Source: a virus. From it: a stretch of 64,000 nt of DNA. A program made the position numbers and the translations under genes. The notes under the pieces were generated by a model. The model was not told where the DNA came from. It saw nothing but the letters and a program-made list of their open reading frames with translations, and made no database searches. Where the stretch lies: positions 11,858 through 75,857 of the IMG/VR virus record IMGVR_UViG_3300034031_000013. The stretch is one strand, 5' to 3'. This document shows positions 29,301 through 37,975 of the stretch, one piece after another (the stretch's first letter is position 1; each line of letters starts with the position of its first letter).

Positions 29301-29519
29301 TTGGTCGCCAATTCCACCAAAAACGGAGTTCCCTGATCCACTCTTTCCAGCGTCGGACTGGACTTTTTTTTTCACCCCTAAGTCAACCCTATCTGAATAT
29401 ATAGGGTGTTTAGCTAGAAACTTTTCTACAAGTAAGCTATTGTCTCTATCCTCGTACGCAGGGTACTTTGCTTTTATCTTTTCAGCAAATTGGTCTACCG
29501 TTAGTTTATCTTTTGGCAT
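23388..29519 (-). CDS. Giant internal virion / DNA-ejection protein (large polyvalent-type)
   Basis: About 2043 aa, helical; N-terminal FAEKIKAKYPAY motif; C-terminal NPVSNDFMKLRIGNTRIDLFGG motif; likely start ATG at 29519. Confidence 0.7.
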   Translation of the reverse strand: MPKDKLTVDQFAEKIKAKYPAYEDRDNSLLVEKFLAKHPIYSDRVDLGVKKKVQSDAGKSGSGNSVFGGIGDQGFPQSTQTKPLAPTVLSPEKQKEFIEKNKGYKAPVTKQVAKPQEEQGFLESTGNTLSNIGTKLKGFIPHLNTGSADILGSILGKEATAGLFRLPRIEYDANGGFSLQSDREIEDVRNEAYHKLAELEKQIKPTQGIVDNARNFNIPGLAAGVVDAMGSLVSTAIPSVLTGGAGLYTETVGDAIVKFNSEKAKSKGISVEELYKKGDAELGIPAAIGTLGGVLEGIGLKGASNLMMGKLKGTAMKKVASFMFEVNKEGVTEWVQAGLETANTELGKGTDELKVTEKALEVMFSKKGLEAYVMGVVGSGAAGGVGKLSRLAVSPKAKQAVTENAATVERLQADLNNTNVSPEAKAVIAENLQQSVSNIATAIEEDTHKDENLSPQQKQEVDKITASIDKLEVVAKDPSVSKETVADAENKIAELNKQVEAIEPNSTKSGIKDELVNAIPEGDNEDALPKALTEPIKQSSLNIRGMYKEPSNWENSETLSWKQFIDDNKWSKDYKFFEEKKPVYKDKNSLMPDGETVKYYMTVDGKNKREIPKDVFDYQQNINSEEVQTEQIAPASEQSQLDAPKISIETFQPFIDAVNDSKNFKDALKKVENIADVPKEVADAFRKKYDPNNDKLKSEAFADFYNEVKGKDKDTIARKESVQQLDDESDHSESDSYIEAEKELSRLFDDEDKEVEFYKANGGPGAKLSTLLDKINELKTANKEVSSALLESEGASSADRQQSGVIAEVETKVAVSAKFAQSNPKAGDPLRSLADKIEQGKISKLKGFKASSGFDLAWDGSLTVIAETLRTGAKLADAIEAGLAYVRKTDWYKGLEDKGEFDKQFTSHIEKEYEELAKSEQESEAKKEANENVSGIKKGLVSDDIIASVNLDKIKDKEMHELGQKIVETGEINPKGIVDEIVGIGKKVKGNRRALQPKEVVALIYYKATLDNKRRDLLKERNSQFAKGEPTASADVEISKLEDDITAYDVMAVITAQQQSLAFRLRRGLLDKDYNLVSQIEQYKKVNKGYISPEIEAKFKEYDKELTRLKEEIAEAEQRFIKAEEEQAVKDIAEDIARSAKTKKSVLTPQEQARKRELAKKYRVFNDISRVATIWFEADFIEYARLNLKESKGDFKVWAKEMLKTVGVESKMKLPELYERIGGKGKVDLDGVVEKPFVEEGELVIPSNFIRDLVEQGVTDINGLTEAVQAEVQKDLPDITPRQVRDAITKYGKTVNRTADALQQKINEAKRLGRLYSQLEDLEIGKKKTKDGKEYSALSEKERELKRQINILEKTIPKTQAEAELDENQRREKRKEYLKEFIREKNERLDAKNFAPKSKPSPVLADGELAELEAKAHEVRGKYDEAHFENEQANRTGWQKFKDGSIEWTSGLQRALQAGLDFSALGVQGIVAALSTNPVKTYEAIKEGFKFMASENYERTFLAKLKADPLFSVMEQSGLALQFPNTKLGSKDYQLSGSVINKIWEGMLYPLQYTNRKLYERAILFNPYRATERAYTGVVDTLRVQLFKQFAADLKAKGITFESDPRQYEIAANAANNITFRGRLRFAEPVAKELAVVFFAPRKITATLSLTNPGYWGHMWYTSPVVAKRATLKMATFITVATTLTLAIKSFRDDNDEDENPDVFNPVSNDFMKLRIGNTRIDLFGGLNQNVILFAREFTGNYKSASSSKTINLGENAFSPNRWDLLMRFSTNKFSPLSGVGYRILDERKGQMFDAESEMWAATAPIWTQGIDELRKEHPETMSSFLIALSFFGVNMNTYGTPEFLDKDKDEKLRMLLAKKNVSFFEKHRNDVEVFDPETFEKRTPTKDEFKTYKQAYGEYIKGNLKSRFSEYAQMTVQEFEKEIGAVKKEATEAAKEAVSGVSPKLIYIKVEKDGESKTYQLSPKQIRERQAYKKEFIAKHGETILATVTKKAIDKGESKEAAAITAKNKLKSEVNAYSKDKILKDYQKGKGEYDLTLKAEEE

Positions 29520-29522
29520 ACC

Positions 29523-29557
29523 CAAATATACCTAAGATACAAAGGCGATATTAGGGG
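29523..29557 (-). promoter_or_regulatory. Late promoter (leaderless or near-leaderless)
   Basis: CCCCT-AATA-TCGCC-N13-TATATTTG-ggt-ATG. Confidence 0.65.
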
Positions 29558-29572
29558 TTTACGGCTTTAGCA

Positions 29573-29932
29573 TTACAGATTGTAATTGAACCCTAATGGA
29601 AAAGGAGCTTCATCTAACCTTAGTAGAACTTTTGTTGTCTGCCAATCTATATCATAACCCGGATGTTCAACTACCTTATAATAGGTTGTTGTGATTTTTA
29701 AAACTTCCCCTTTTATTGGCAATCTGTTGAAATTTGAAACGAACCGCTCTATTATGTCACTCACATCGTTCATATTGAACCCATGCTCGGCTTCTTCATA
29801 TCTAACTTTATCTTCGATAGCCGTTATCCTTTCGCCAAGGCTAATAGGGTATGCTACGCACATCGTTATTCGTTTGTTATTTAGATATAATGGGAATGTT
29901 GAATTGGTTGTTTCTTCTGTGATTGCGCTCAT
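29573..29932 (-). CDS. Hypothetical protein (moron)
   Basis: 119 aa; preceded by terminator hairpin near 29975-30004. Confidence 0.6.
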   Translation of the reverse strand: MSAITEETTNSTFPLYLNNKRITMCVAYPISLGERITAIEDKVRYEEAEHGFNMNDVSDIIERFVSNFNRLPIKGEVLKITTTYYKVVEHPGYDIDWQTTKVLLRLDEAPFPLGFNYNL

Positions 29933-30065
29933 CTCTTAAGTTATTATTATACTACGAAAATATACAATTTAACTAAAAAACCCTACATCGCTGATAGGGT
30001 TTTACTGGCTGTATCGAAAAAGAACGGTGTGTGCGACTTGAAAATTATTCTATGTAATTATTGTT

Positions 30066-30395
30066 TTACGCTATGCATTTTGTCTCCGAGAAAATATCTA
30101 GGAATTTTGTTTTGCCAAAAGTATACCACTTGGCAGCACCTTCGAATTTACATTTAAACAAACCTCTATCTCGCTTTAATGAGAGGTATGCTTTTTTCCT
30201 GCCGTTAATAACAAATACAATGTTTTCTGTTGCCGTTAGCGCAAATTCGATATTGTTATCAATTAAAACATCTATTGTGCCATCAACGTTCCTATCTCGC
30301 GCTTCCTTTACCGAAGCCTTATAGCAGTCGCAAAAATCCTTATACCAATACTCGCAGCAATGTTTCTCAGGGTTGTATTTTTCTATTTCTCCCAT
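30066..30395 (-). CDS. Hypothetical protein (moron)
   Basis: Likely ATG at 30395 (MGEIEKY); TATCTTTG promoter at 30417-30424. Confidence 0.6.
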   Translation of the reverse strand: MGEIEKYNPEKHCCEYWYKDFCDCYKASVKEARDRNVDGTIDVLIDNNIEFALTATENIVFVINGRKKAYLSLKRDRGLFKCKFEGAAKWYTFGKTKFLDIFSETKCIA

Positions 30396-30552
30396 GACTT
30401 CGTGGTTATTATACAACAAAGATAAAAACATTGTATATAAGTTGTACAATATATTTACAAATTGTTATAAAATAAAAAAAGGATTCAAATTAATGAACCC
30501 CTTTTGCCGGCTGTGCTGTCTCGACAATAGCACAGCTCTAATATATAAAAAA

Positions 30553-30711
30553 CTACTTCTTTAAACGACTTTCTACGACCTTGCTCGCTCGATTTACCAC
30601 TGGGCTTTCTTGGATTTTCCGATACATCTCTTCTTTCCTTCGATTGAGATCTTCAAAGAAAGCCAATGCTTTAGTGTTGTTAGGTGAAATAACAATCTTC
30701 TTAATTGACAT
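30553..30711 (-). CDS. Small basic protein, 52 aa (moron, leaderless)
   Basis: MSIKKIVISPNNTKALAFFEDLNRRKEEMY...LKK*; TATATTTG-acct-ATG. Confidence 0.6.
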   Translation of the reverse strand: MSIKKIVISPNNTKALAFFEDLNRRKEEMYRKIQESPVVNRASKVVESRLKK

Positions 30712-30751
30712 AGGTCAAATATAACACTTTTTTAAATTTTTCCATACTAGC

Positions 30752-32155
30752 CTACAATCCTAATTCCTCGGGGTCTCTAGGGTTAATAGCTTTTTTTTGT
30801 GATACTTTCGCTTTAGGTTGCTGCGCTTTAGGCTTAATCGAAGCAGGCTTAAATTTTCCCAATGCCTCTCTTACCTGCTTACTGTTCTTTACATTCTCGG
30901 GCAATCTATTGTAAGGAACAAAATAATCTTCCGCCTCGCCGAACTCACCTTTTGCGGGAATCTGAACGTGAATTATTGGCGTTTTTTGAACCGCATCGGG
31001 ATTCTGCTTGGCGAAGTTAGGCTGTGATATAGTCCCCCAAAGTTCTTTCTTGGCTTTTGAATCACCTCTTATAATTGGGGCGTTACCAACACCTACTACT
31101 TCATAGTCATTTGACGAAGGCAACGTTTTCCCCGGCTTGCCTGTTTTCAAATCTATTGATACAGAACCTGCAAAGTTTTTCTTCGATAGCGAGATAGGCA
31201 CGTATTCATCGAATCCTACCGTAGCCTTTCCGTTTGCGTAAGGGATATTCATCGGGGTTGAACTGCCGTTGCCACCTCCGCCTCCTGAGTCAAAGCCATT
31301 CGCTCTGTCCCAATTCTGTTTATTAATGTGATTCGTTAGCGTCTTGTCGTCCTTTTGGGTATACAAGTGCTTATCGGTTGTTTTAATCATTGACGATAAC
31401 TGCCCGCTTGCTTCCTCGGTAAATGCATCAATGGCCTTGTCGATAGGGAGATCAGGGTATTTAGATTGAATGTATCGTCTAGTATCCTTTTCACTAGTCG
31501 CCTTGCCGATGATTATTTTCTTTAGCTTATCCGCATTAATTTTCTCGGTATCCTGCCTGTCAAAGCTTACACCATCCCCATATCTGCTTTGTTTCACCTG
31601 TCCTGTAACGCTTTCAGTTACCATAGGAGCTATGCCTTTGATAAAAGCTATCTCGTCTAGTTTTGGCCTCCACATCGTTTGAGACATCCTTTCCTCTAGC
31701 TCTTTTCTCCTTGGGTCGGTACTTGGCAGGGAGCGATATGTATTAAAATCATTGTGGAACTCTTCTGATAGGTCGTCGTGCTTAGTGAGGCGTATCTTGT
31801 AAAGCTCTGCGTCCTTTTGAAGCTCCTGTTTGCTATTATAAACTGAATTAAGCAGGTTCATTTTCTTTGCGCTATAATCAGCCTTTAAGCGAATACGCTC
31901 GTTCCTGTCTTTGGTGGAGTCGATTACAGCTAATGACTTTCTTATATCATCGTACTGCTTGGTAAGGTCGGGAATATCCTCTTGCTTTGCTCCATCTAAA
32001 TTGACTTTAGAGAAGTCGTTACTTAACTCCTCTAACTGCTTTTGCTTTTGCTTCCTTTCAGCGAAGTCCTGCTGTCTTAATTGTTCTAAGCCTGCGTTAC
32101 CTTGCCATACGTATGCGCCGCCCGAACCTGTTTTGTACAAATTATTCCAATTCAT
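30752..32155 (-). CDS. Internal virion / ejection protein
   Basis: 467 aa, helical N-terminal half; position among ejection genes. Confidence 0.55.
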   Translation of the reverse strand: MNWNNLYKTGSGGAYVWQGNAGLEQLRQQDFAERKQKQKQLEELSNDFSKVNLDGAKQEDIPDLTKQYDDIRKSLAVIDSTKDRNERIRLKADYSAKKMNLLNSVYNSKQELQKDAELYKIRLTKHDDLSEEFHNDFNTYRSLPSTDPRRKELEERMSQTMWRPKLDEIAFIKGIAPMVTESVTGQVKQSRYGDGVSFDRQDTEKINADKLKKIIIGKATSEKDTRRYIQSKYPDLPIDKAIDAFTEEASGQLSSMIKTTDKHLYTQKDDKTLTNHINKQNWDRANGFDSGGGGGNGSSTPMNIPYANGKATVGFDEYVPISLSKKNFAGSVSIDLKTGKPGKTLPSSNDYEVVGVGNAPIIRGDSKAKKELWGTISQPNFAKQNPDAVQKTPIIHVQIPAKGEFGEAEDYFVPYNRLPENVKNSKQVREALGKFKPASIKPKAQQPKAKVSQKKAINPRDPEELGL

Positions 32156-32156
32156 A

Positions 32157-32804
32157 TTAAGCGTTCATTTCGTTAGGATTGCCTCTATTCCAAAGCAAGC
32201 CCGATTGTTTACCGTACTGATATCCTCCCTGCAATCCTTTAGGTATACCGCTCCCGCCCATCCCTCCTGTTGCTACCATTGCGCCTAGTTGTGAAGCGTC
32301 GTTGAATGCGCTCATCATGTTCTGATTGGCGGCTCCTCTTGATGCCTCCGATTTTGCGGTCAGCATCAAGAATTTTTCGCGTTTATTCCAGTTCCAAACC
32401 CTATTCTGCTCTTGGGCTAATGCTTGATTTTGCCCGATAGAAAAGCGTTGGTTGTTAGCCCTTGTAGCGGCATCCTGTGCATCTAAATTCAATGTAGCGT
32501 CATTGCTTCCACGTAAGATAGATGCTAATCCGCCCCGCCTTGCACCCGCCCTGCCAAACATTGTTAGTACCCCTGCCTGATTCCGATTGATGTTATTCAG
32601 CGCATTGTTATACTGTTGCTGTGGCATTCCTGTTCTTGCCATATTCTCGGCAATAGCTGCGTTCTTGGCAAATAATGGATTTGCGTTTTCCTCTACAAAG
32701 GGATTGGCCTTTTCAAGACGCTTTGCTTTACCGCTTTGAACAATACTTGATATTCCTTTAGAGACAATTCCTGCTCCTGCTACGCCAATTGCGACATAAG
32801 ACAT
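32157..32804 (-). CDS. Internal virion (pilot-like) protein
   Basis: Gly/Ala-rich hydrophobic N-terminus, Gln/Asn-rich coil. Confidence 0.65.
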   Translation of the reverse strand: MSYVAIGVAGAGIVSKGISSIVQSGKAKRLEKANPFVEENANPLFAKNAAIAENMARTGMPQQQYNNALNNINRNQAGVLTMFGRAGARRGGLASILRGSNDATLNLDAQDAATRANNQRFSIGQNQALAQEQNRVWNWNKREKFLMLTAKSEASRGAANQNMMSAFNDASQLGAMVATGGMGGSGIPKGLQGGYQYGKQSGLLWNRGNPNEMNA

Positions 32805-32805
32805 A

Positions 32806-33285
32806 TTAATCCTCCTTTTCTTGATTAAGTAACTTTAAAGCCCCTTCCAAAAGCTCATTGCTTATTTCTCTCGGTTCTATAATATCCGATTCTATTCTAT
32901 CTACCATTTTTTGTTCATCTTCTATATCGGAGGTAAGGTAATCTAAGGGGTGAAACGTAGTCCATATCGTTTCCTCGCATACGTAAAGCATTCTTCGTGT
33001 TCCTGCTTCGGTAATTCCTGAATACGGGGCCTCAATTCTGATACAGCTTCCATCTTGAATATTATAGACATCAACTACGCCTTTTGAAACAATAAACTGA
33101 TGCTGTGTTTTATGAACCTTGCTGATTATTAAGGTGTCGGCAGGCATAGTGATTTCACGCGAATACAAGCCCTGTGTGAACCTGTGATTTAACGGGCAGT
33201 CTATTTGAGGCTCATTAGCCATCGCTCCCTGTAGAACGTCTAAAATAGCGTTATCCTCGTCTTTGATTCGCTGAACCTCATCCAT
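32806..33285 (-). CDS. Cupin-like phage protein
   Basis: HRFTQGLYSREITMP...KVHKTQH...AGTRR; likely ATG at 33285. Confidence 0.65.
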   Translation of the reverse strand: MDEVQRIKDEDNAILDVLQGAMANEPQIDCPLNHRFTQGLYSREITMPADTLIISKVHKTQHQFIVSKGVVDVYNIQDGSCIRIEAPYSGITEAGTRRMLYVCEETIWTTFHPLDYLTSDIEDEQKMVDRIESDIIEPREISNELLEGALKLLNQEKED

Positions 33286-33293
33286 ACCCAAAT

Positions 33294-34205
33294 TTAACTA
33301 TAAGAACGGTTCGATTTTACCTCAACCATGAACAGTTTGAGAACTGAATTTTCGGTAGTGATGAGTTCAATTACAGCGTAGTGCCCTTTCAAAAGGCTTC
33401 CGTTGTTAATATCCTCATTCTTGTCTCTTAAGAACCCTGCCTGATAATTCCCCTCTCTGTCATATACCTGAACAGCCGTTATACCATCGTTTAAGGTATG
33501 TTGCAGGAAATCCGCTTCTACTAAGTCCGACACTTGTCCGAGGCTTGTAGTGATACCATCGGTAGTAGTTATCAGCAGGGTATTTGCCTTATATTCTATT
33601 GCATCAAAGGTCTTTGTTTCCGCAGGAAGGATATTGGCTACAAATTTAATGATTGTCTTGTACTGCGCCCCAAAGAAGTTATTCCTGCTTTCGCTTTCGG
33701 GGTCGTTTACGTAACTATTCCCCTGCTTAAACATATATGTTTTTGTGAACATACTAAAAGCAACATCAGGGTTAAACGTTCTAAAATCCGTCCACTTGTT
33801 TGTCTTTTCAGATAAGGCTATTGCCCCTTTTTTCTTTAGGCTTGTATCTACGGAAACCTCTCTTATCGTAAAGGATTCCATTTCAAGGTTAGCGGTAGAA
33901 TAAAATTTAAATTTCGGGTTCGTTCCCGTTGCGGTTAACGTTTCTTTTTTATTCCCTGTAGTAGTTATGGTTGCACCCGTCGTATTCCCTGCGTATGCTC
34001 TTAACAGCCCTCCCGAGATCGAATTAAGGTTATAACTGAACTCATATACCTTTCCTGATTCCAAGGGGTAGTCATTCAGATAAGCATCACCAAAATTACA
34101 CACTTCATGGGTTAGCTTAGTTCCGATAAACGCCCATCCTGTACTCTTTCCTTGTTGAAGCAGGTTTATTTGTATCGGGGTACTTTGCAGGGTCGTAAAT
34201 GCCAT
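33294..34205 (-). CDS. Tail stabilisation protein, C-terminal part
   Basis: SEKTNKWTDF, RNNFFGAQY, KTFDAIEY, REGNYQAGFLRD motifs resembling crAss-like stabilisation protein C-termini. Confidence 0.55.
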   Translation of the reverse strand: MAFTTLQSTPIQINLLQQGKSTGWAFIGTKLTHEVCNFGDAYLNDYPLESGKVYEFSYNLNSISGGLLRAYAGNTTGATITTTGNKKETLTATGTNPKFKFYSTANLEMESFTIREVSVDTSLKKKGAIALSEKTNKWTDFRTFNPDVAFSMFTKTYMFKQGNSYVNDPESESRNNFFGAQYKTIIKFVANILPAETKTFDAIEYKANTLLITTTDGITTSLGQVSDLVEADFLQHTLNDGITAVQVYDREGNYQAGFLRDKNEDINNGSLLKGHYAVIELITTENSVLKLFMVEVKSNRSYS

Positions 34206-37200
34206 TATGATAATTCTATGTTTAATGCAGTTGTTTTGGGAACTAAATTATAATAGTAAAAACCACCAAACACATTGTCAACAGTTTCATCAACTCCATT
34301 TATTGTCAAAATAACAGATGAAATCAACGGGTTATTTGTGTTTGAGGATAGTATTATTGTAAAAGTTCCTCCCGGTAATGTAGGATATATTTCCTCTGTA
34401 TCAGTACCCGATGCTTCAATCTGTGTATCATATAATATTTGAGATGTAGAGGAGTCTAGTACTTGTAACCTTATAGCAATAGAACTTACATTATCAACCG
34501 TTGCATTGAAAAGATCGCCAGGAGGCGTAACCTCCATTCTAGTTGTCACGCTAAATGTATCGCTCTTATTCCCTATTGTGAGTGTGGTATTTACCGTTGT
34601 TTCATAGGAAGCAGAACTTGTCTGCCTTACTTTCACAAAGTCGCCATTATTAGCATACCCTGATACATTTGTCCAAGACTGCGCTACGCCATTACGTGTG
34701 ATTTGGTATTCCCCGCCTCCGCTAATACTTATAGGAGTTGGAATATTATTTCCGTCTACAAGAACAGAAGAAGAGTAATAAACGGTTGATATTTCTCTGT
34801 TGTATAAATCTGCTATTATGAAATCGAATACGTTTGTAACGCCTGCTTGGATAACAATACAAGCCTTTTTCGTAACCTGTGTCCCGCCATTCAAAAAAGA
34901 GAACGTAAAGCTATCATTCCCTGTTTCTCCGATATTAGGGGTATAGGTGGCAATGCCTGTAGTTGTGTTAATACTTAACCCGCCTTTTGTTGGGCCAACC
35001 GCTACTGATAGATTTGCGGGAATAACCGTATAGGTGTCTTGAATAGACCAATTATCCGAACTGAAAGCAAAGCTTGTTAAAATATCTCCCCGAGTTTCGA
35101 TAGCGATAACGTACTCATTGTTAAAGTCGTCAAACCACCCGATAACCTTTTTGCCAGACTTCTTTGCTTCTTGAAGTGTTCTCTTGAAGTATTTACTCAT
35201 CTTACCAGATATGGGCCTTACGCCGTCATATCCGTCCCGTACAGGCTCTGAATTATTAAAGTCGATAAAGTATATGGTTCCGTTTCTTGATTCGGCATAC
35301 GACTCCTTAGCCCCGCCCATGCCGTATGAGCCTGATTGCAGGTATCGGGTTTGCCCTAGTATCTTATCTGAAATAGCGATTTGCTGTTGCCCTGCCTGAT
35401 CTTCGATAATCGAACCGAAAATCTGTGCGTGACCTATTTTTAGCGATTGCAGAATAACCAGATAATTATCCCTTTGGCGCATCTTTTCAATAGCCCCGTA
35501 GTTTGATGCTGTTTCTCCGTCGCCATCTCCATAACTTCTTTCGGCGAAAAACCGAGTGATGCCGTTAATTTCGCTTCCTAGCCTAAAGGTGTCTGAATAT
35601 AAAATAGTTGCTTTCCTATTCTCTCTCTCGTTTACATCGTAATAAGATCGGGGTCTGCCGAACGAACAAAAGTTGCTGATATAAAAATCACTAAAGTTAA
35701 AATCCTCTACAGTATAGGTAGTCAAGGTATTTGTTATCGGATGTTCGTACTGCCTTGTTTTAAAGTACACATCGCCGTCGGTTATAATTCCTGATGTTTT
35801 AGAGTACTGCCCGTTTGCAATGCTAATCTGCTCCCCTATCTCATAAAATACCGTTGGTGTAATTGATGCTTTCCCGTCGCTGTTTTCTACAGCCCTAAGC
35901 TTGGGAGAAAATATCTCAAGCATTATTGACTTTCCTGTAGCTTCCGTTACGTTAAGGTCTGATGGTTTTCTGATTTTAAGAAGATAGTTTGTTGTTGGTG
36001 AAGGGGTTGTAATTGCTTCAATCTCAAAACCTAGCACCTCGACTTCTATTGACGGGTTAATTAACCATTGCGTGGTTGAACCTTCGTAATAATGCAGTGT
36101 AGCCCTGTCGCCTTTTGAATAATCATATTCCAAAATAGAGGCTTCGTTACCCTTATTATATTCTTTTAACGAGTTGATGTTAATCGTTAAATAATTTGTG
36201 GTACTGGTTGCAATCTTACCAACGACAAAAAGGTTTTTCTGATGGGTATTATTTGGCGATAACAGCCATTGTGCAGATACCGCACCATCGGGAGCTTTAG
36301 TATTATTAAACGTCCAGTTTATAGCGGAGGATTGCCCTCTTAGCTGTGCGAAGGATTGAGTTTTAACAATATAGCTGTCGTCACTCACAATCGGGAATGG
36401 TCTGCCCCACGCATCGTAATGGGCTAAGGCTAATTGATAGGACGAATTGGATTTAAGGGCTGAAACTGACTTAAACGCTCCTGTAGAGGCGTTAGCTAAA
36501 TCAATATTTAAATTATAGATATGCTCTATCCCGTTGTTTGGCGTTTCTGACCTTCGCCTCCCTGACAAGTACAGTCTCACACCCCCGTTTTCACTTGTAA
36601 CGGTGGTGGGCCATGCTAAAGTCGATGCAAGGGTTTGTATGGTCGATAGCAGATTATCTTCCGTACCCGCCTGTACAGTATAACTAACTATTCTGTCGGT
36701 ATAAATCTCGTTTTCAAGATTAGACGTTATGATATTAATTATGTCGTTTGTCTTAGGCAGTCCCTTAAAATCAATATAAACTCTAAAAAATCCAGTAACT
36801 GCCGACCCTGATACAAACTCTTCATAAGTAGCCGACAAAACATTTGCTGTACTTGGTATCTCTGAGGTTACATTTGGGGAATAAGAAGAAACTCCTAGCG
36901 TTACGTCGGGGGTTGGTCGGTCGTACCCTGTTGTCACATCAGCTAGTGCAAGGACGTTGCCGTTTAAAACTTCTATTGCCCCTGCCGTTAGTGGAACATT
37001 ATCTGCAAGTAAATCCGATTCTAAAACGTCGCCATTGACATATAAACCATCATTGTAAAAAGTAAACGAGTATAGCCCCGTAGCAGGGTCGTAGGCTTCA
37101 TAAATCTGATTACTCAAATTTACAGAAGTATTTGCAAGGGCGAGAATATCTGCTCTTTTCTTGTCTTTGATTATAAACCAATCATAAGTTCCATACCTTG

Positions 37201-37975
37201 CCTCTACAATAACCCGTTCAACCCTACTTGATCCTATGCCTGTTTTTACCGTTTGGTTATTGTTGCTTGATACGTCCGTCCCTACCGATGGCGTTCCCTC
37301 ACTTTGCGGTATTACTCTCTTTGATATGGTCGATAAAGCAGATTGCTCGTTACCTATGTAAACTAGCTTTGTTCTGTATTGAAACAACTTCCCTGCCATT
37401 AGGTTAACCGCCCTGCTTGCATCGTTTGCATAAACAGCCGTTGGCGGAACCAATAACTGAGCCTTTATCAAAAGAAAGTCCTCTTGTGTAAGCACACCGT
37501 ATTCGCCCTTTCTAAGCTTCTCTAAGTCAACATAACATGGCGGAATACAAGTATTGCCGAAGACTAGATACTGTCCTCCTATGAGCTTAATATCGTTTAT
37601 ATAACACTCGGGGTCTAATGGTAGAATATCTATTCCCCCGCTGTTGGTTTTATTGGTAAATAGCACCGTTTCAACATCGGTGTCAAAATCGATTTCCGTT
37701 ATTTGATGAAAGCCATGTGAATTGTAAATAAAACCAATCCCTTTACGGATAGTCTCGAATTTTTCACCTCCTATGGCTTTGTTTAATCCAGGTTCGCGGG
37801 TAACGCTTATTGGCGTGGTTGATTCAATATTAGTCACCACCCCCACTTCCCCTTCGGTAGTGCCTGTAATACGGGCGTTATATGCCTCTAGGTAATCGTT
37901 TTTAGCAACTAGTTCAGGTGAACTATCGCTATCCATGCCACCGCCTGCAAAGGTTTTCTTATCGCTAATTTGCAT
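34205..37975 (-). CDS. Tail stabilisation/nozzle protein (crAss-like), with C-terminal Ig-like domains
   Basis: GGMDSDSSPELV...DYLEAYNARI N-terminus, GNVLALADVTTGYD, SALKSNSSYQLA..YDAWGRP, YGAIEKM motifs. Confidence 0.75.
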   Translation of the reverse strand: MQISDKKTFAGGGMDSDSSPELVAKNDYLEAYNARITGTTEGEVGVVTNIESTTPISVTREPGLNKAIGGEKFETIRKGIGFIYNSHGFHQITEIDFDTDVETVLFTNKTNSGGIDILPLDPECYINDIKLIGGQYLVFGNTCIPPCYVDLEKLRKGEYGVLTQEDFLLIKAQLLVPPTAVYANDASRAVNLMAGKLFQYRTKLVYIGNEQSALSTISKRVIPQSEGTPSVGTDVSSNNNQTVKTGIGSSRVERVIVEARYGTYDWFIIKDKKRADILALANTSVNLSNQIYEAYDPATGLYSFTFYNDGLYVNGDVLESDLLADNVPLTAGAIEVLNGNVLALADVTTGYDRPTPDVTLGVSSYSPNVTSEIPSTANVLSATYEEFVSGSAVTGFFRVYIDFKGLPKTNDIINIITSNLENEIYTDRIVSYTVQAGTEDNLLSTIQTLASTLAWPTTVTSENGGVRLYLSGRRRSETPNNGIEHIYNLNIDLANASTGAFKSVSALKSNSSYQLALAHYDAWGRPFPIVSDDSYIVKTQSFAQLRGQSSAINWTFNNTKAPDGAVSAQWLLSPNNTHQKNLFVVGKIATSTTNYLTININSLKEYNKGNEASILEYDYSKGDRATLHYYEGSTTQWLINPSIEVEVLGFEIEAITTPSPTTNYLLKIRKPSDLNVTEATGKSIMLEIFSPKLRAVENSDGKASITPTVFYEIGEQISIANGQYSKTSGIITDGDVYFKTRQYEHPITNTLTTYTVEDFNFSDFYISNFCSFGRPRSYYDVNERENRKATILYSDTFRLGSEINGITRFFAERSYGDGDGETASNYGAIEKMRQRDNYLVILQSLKIGHAQIFGSIIEDQAGQQQIAISDKILGQTRYLQSGSYGMGGAKESYAESRNGTIYFIDFNNSEPVRDGYDGVRPISGKMSKYFKRTLQEAKKSGKKVIGWFDDFNNEYVIAIETRGDILTSFAFSSDNWSIQDTYTVIPANLSVAVGPTKGGLSINTTTGIATYTPNIGETGNDSFTFSFLNGGTQVTKKACIVIQAGVTNVFDFIIADLYNREISTVYYSSSVLVDGNNIPTPISISGGGEYQITRNGVAQSWTNVSGYANNGDFVKVRQTSSASYETTVNTTLTIGNKSDTFSVTTRMEVTPPGDLFNATVDNVSSIAIRLQVLDSSTSQILYDTQIEASGTDTEEIYPTLPGGTFTIILSSNTNNPLISSVILTINGVDETVDNVFGGFYYYNLVPKTTALNIELS

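Noticed and set aside
23388-29519. Virion RNA polymerase or DarB-like helicase/methylase
   Set aside because: No DFDxD-type, Walker or methyltransferase motifs seen; DDNDEDE is an acidic linker after a hydrophobic segment
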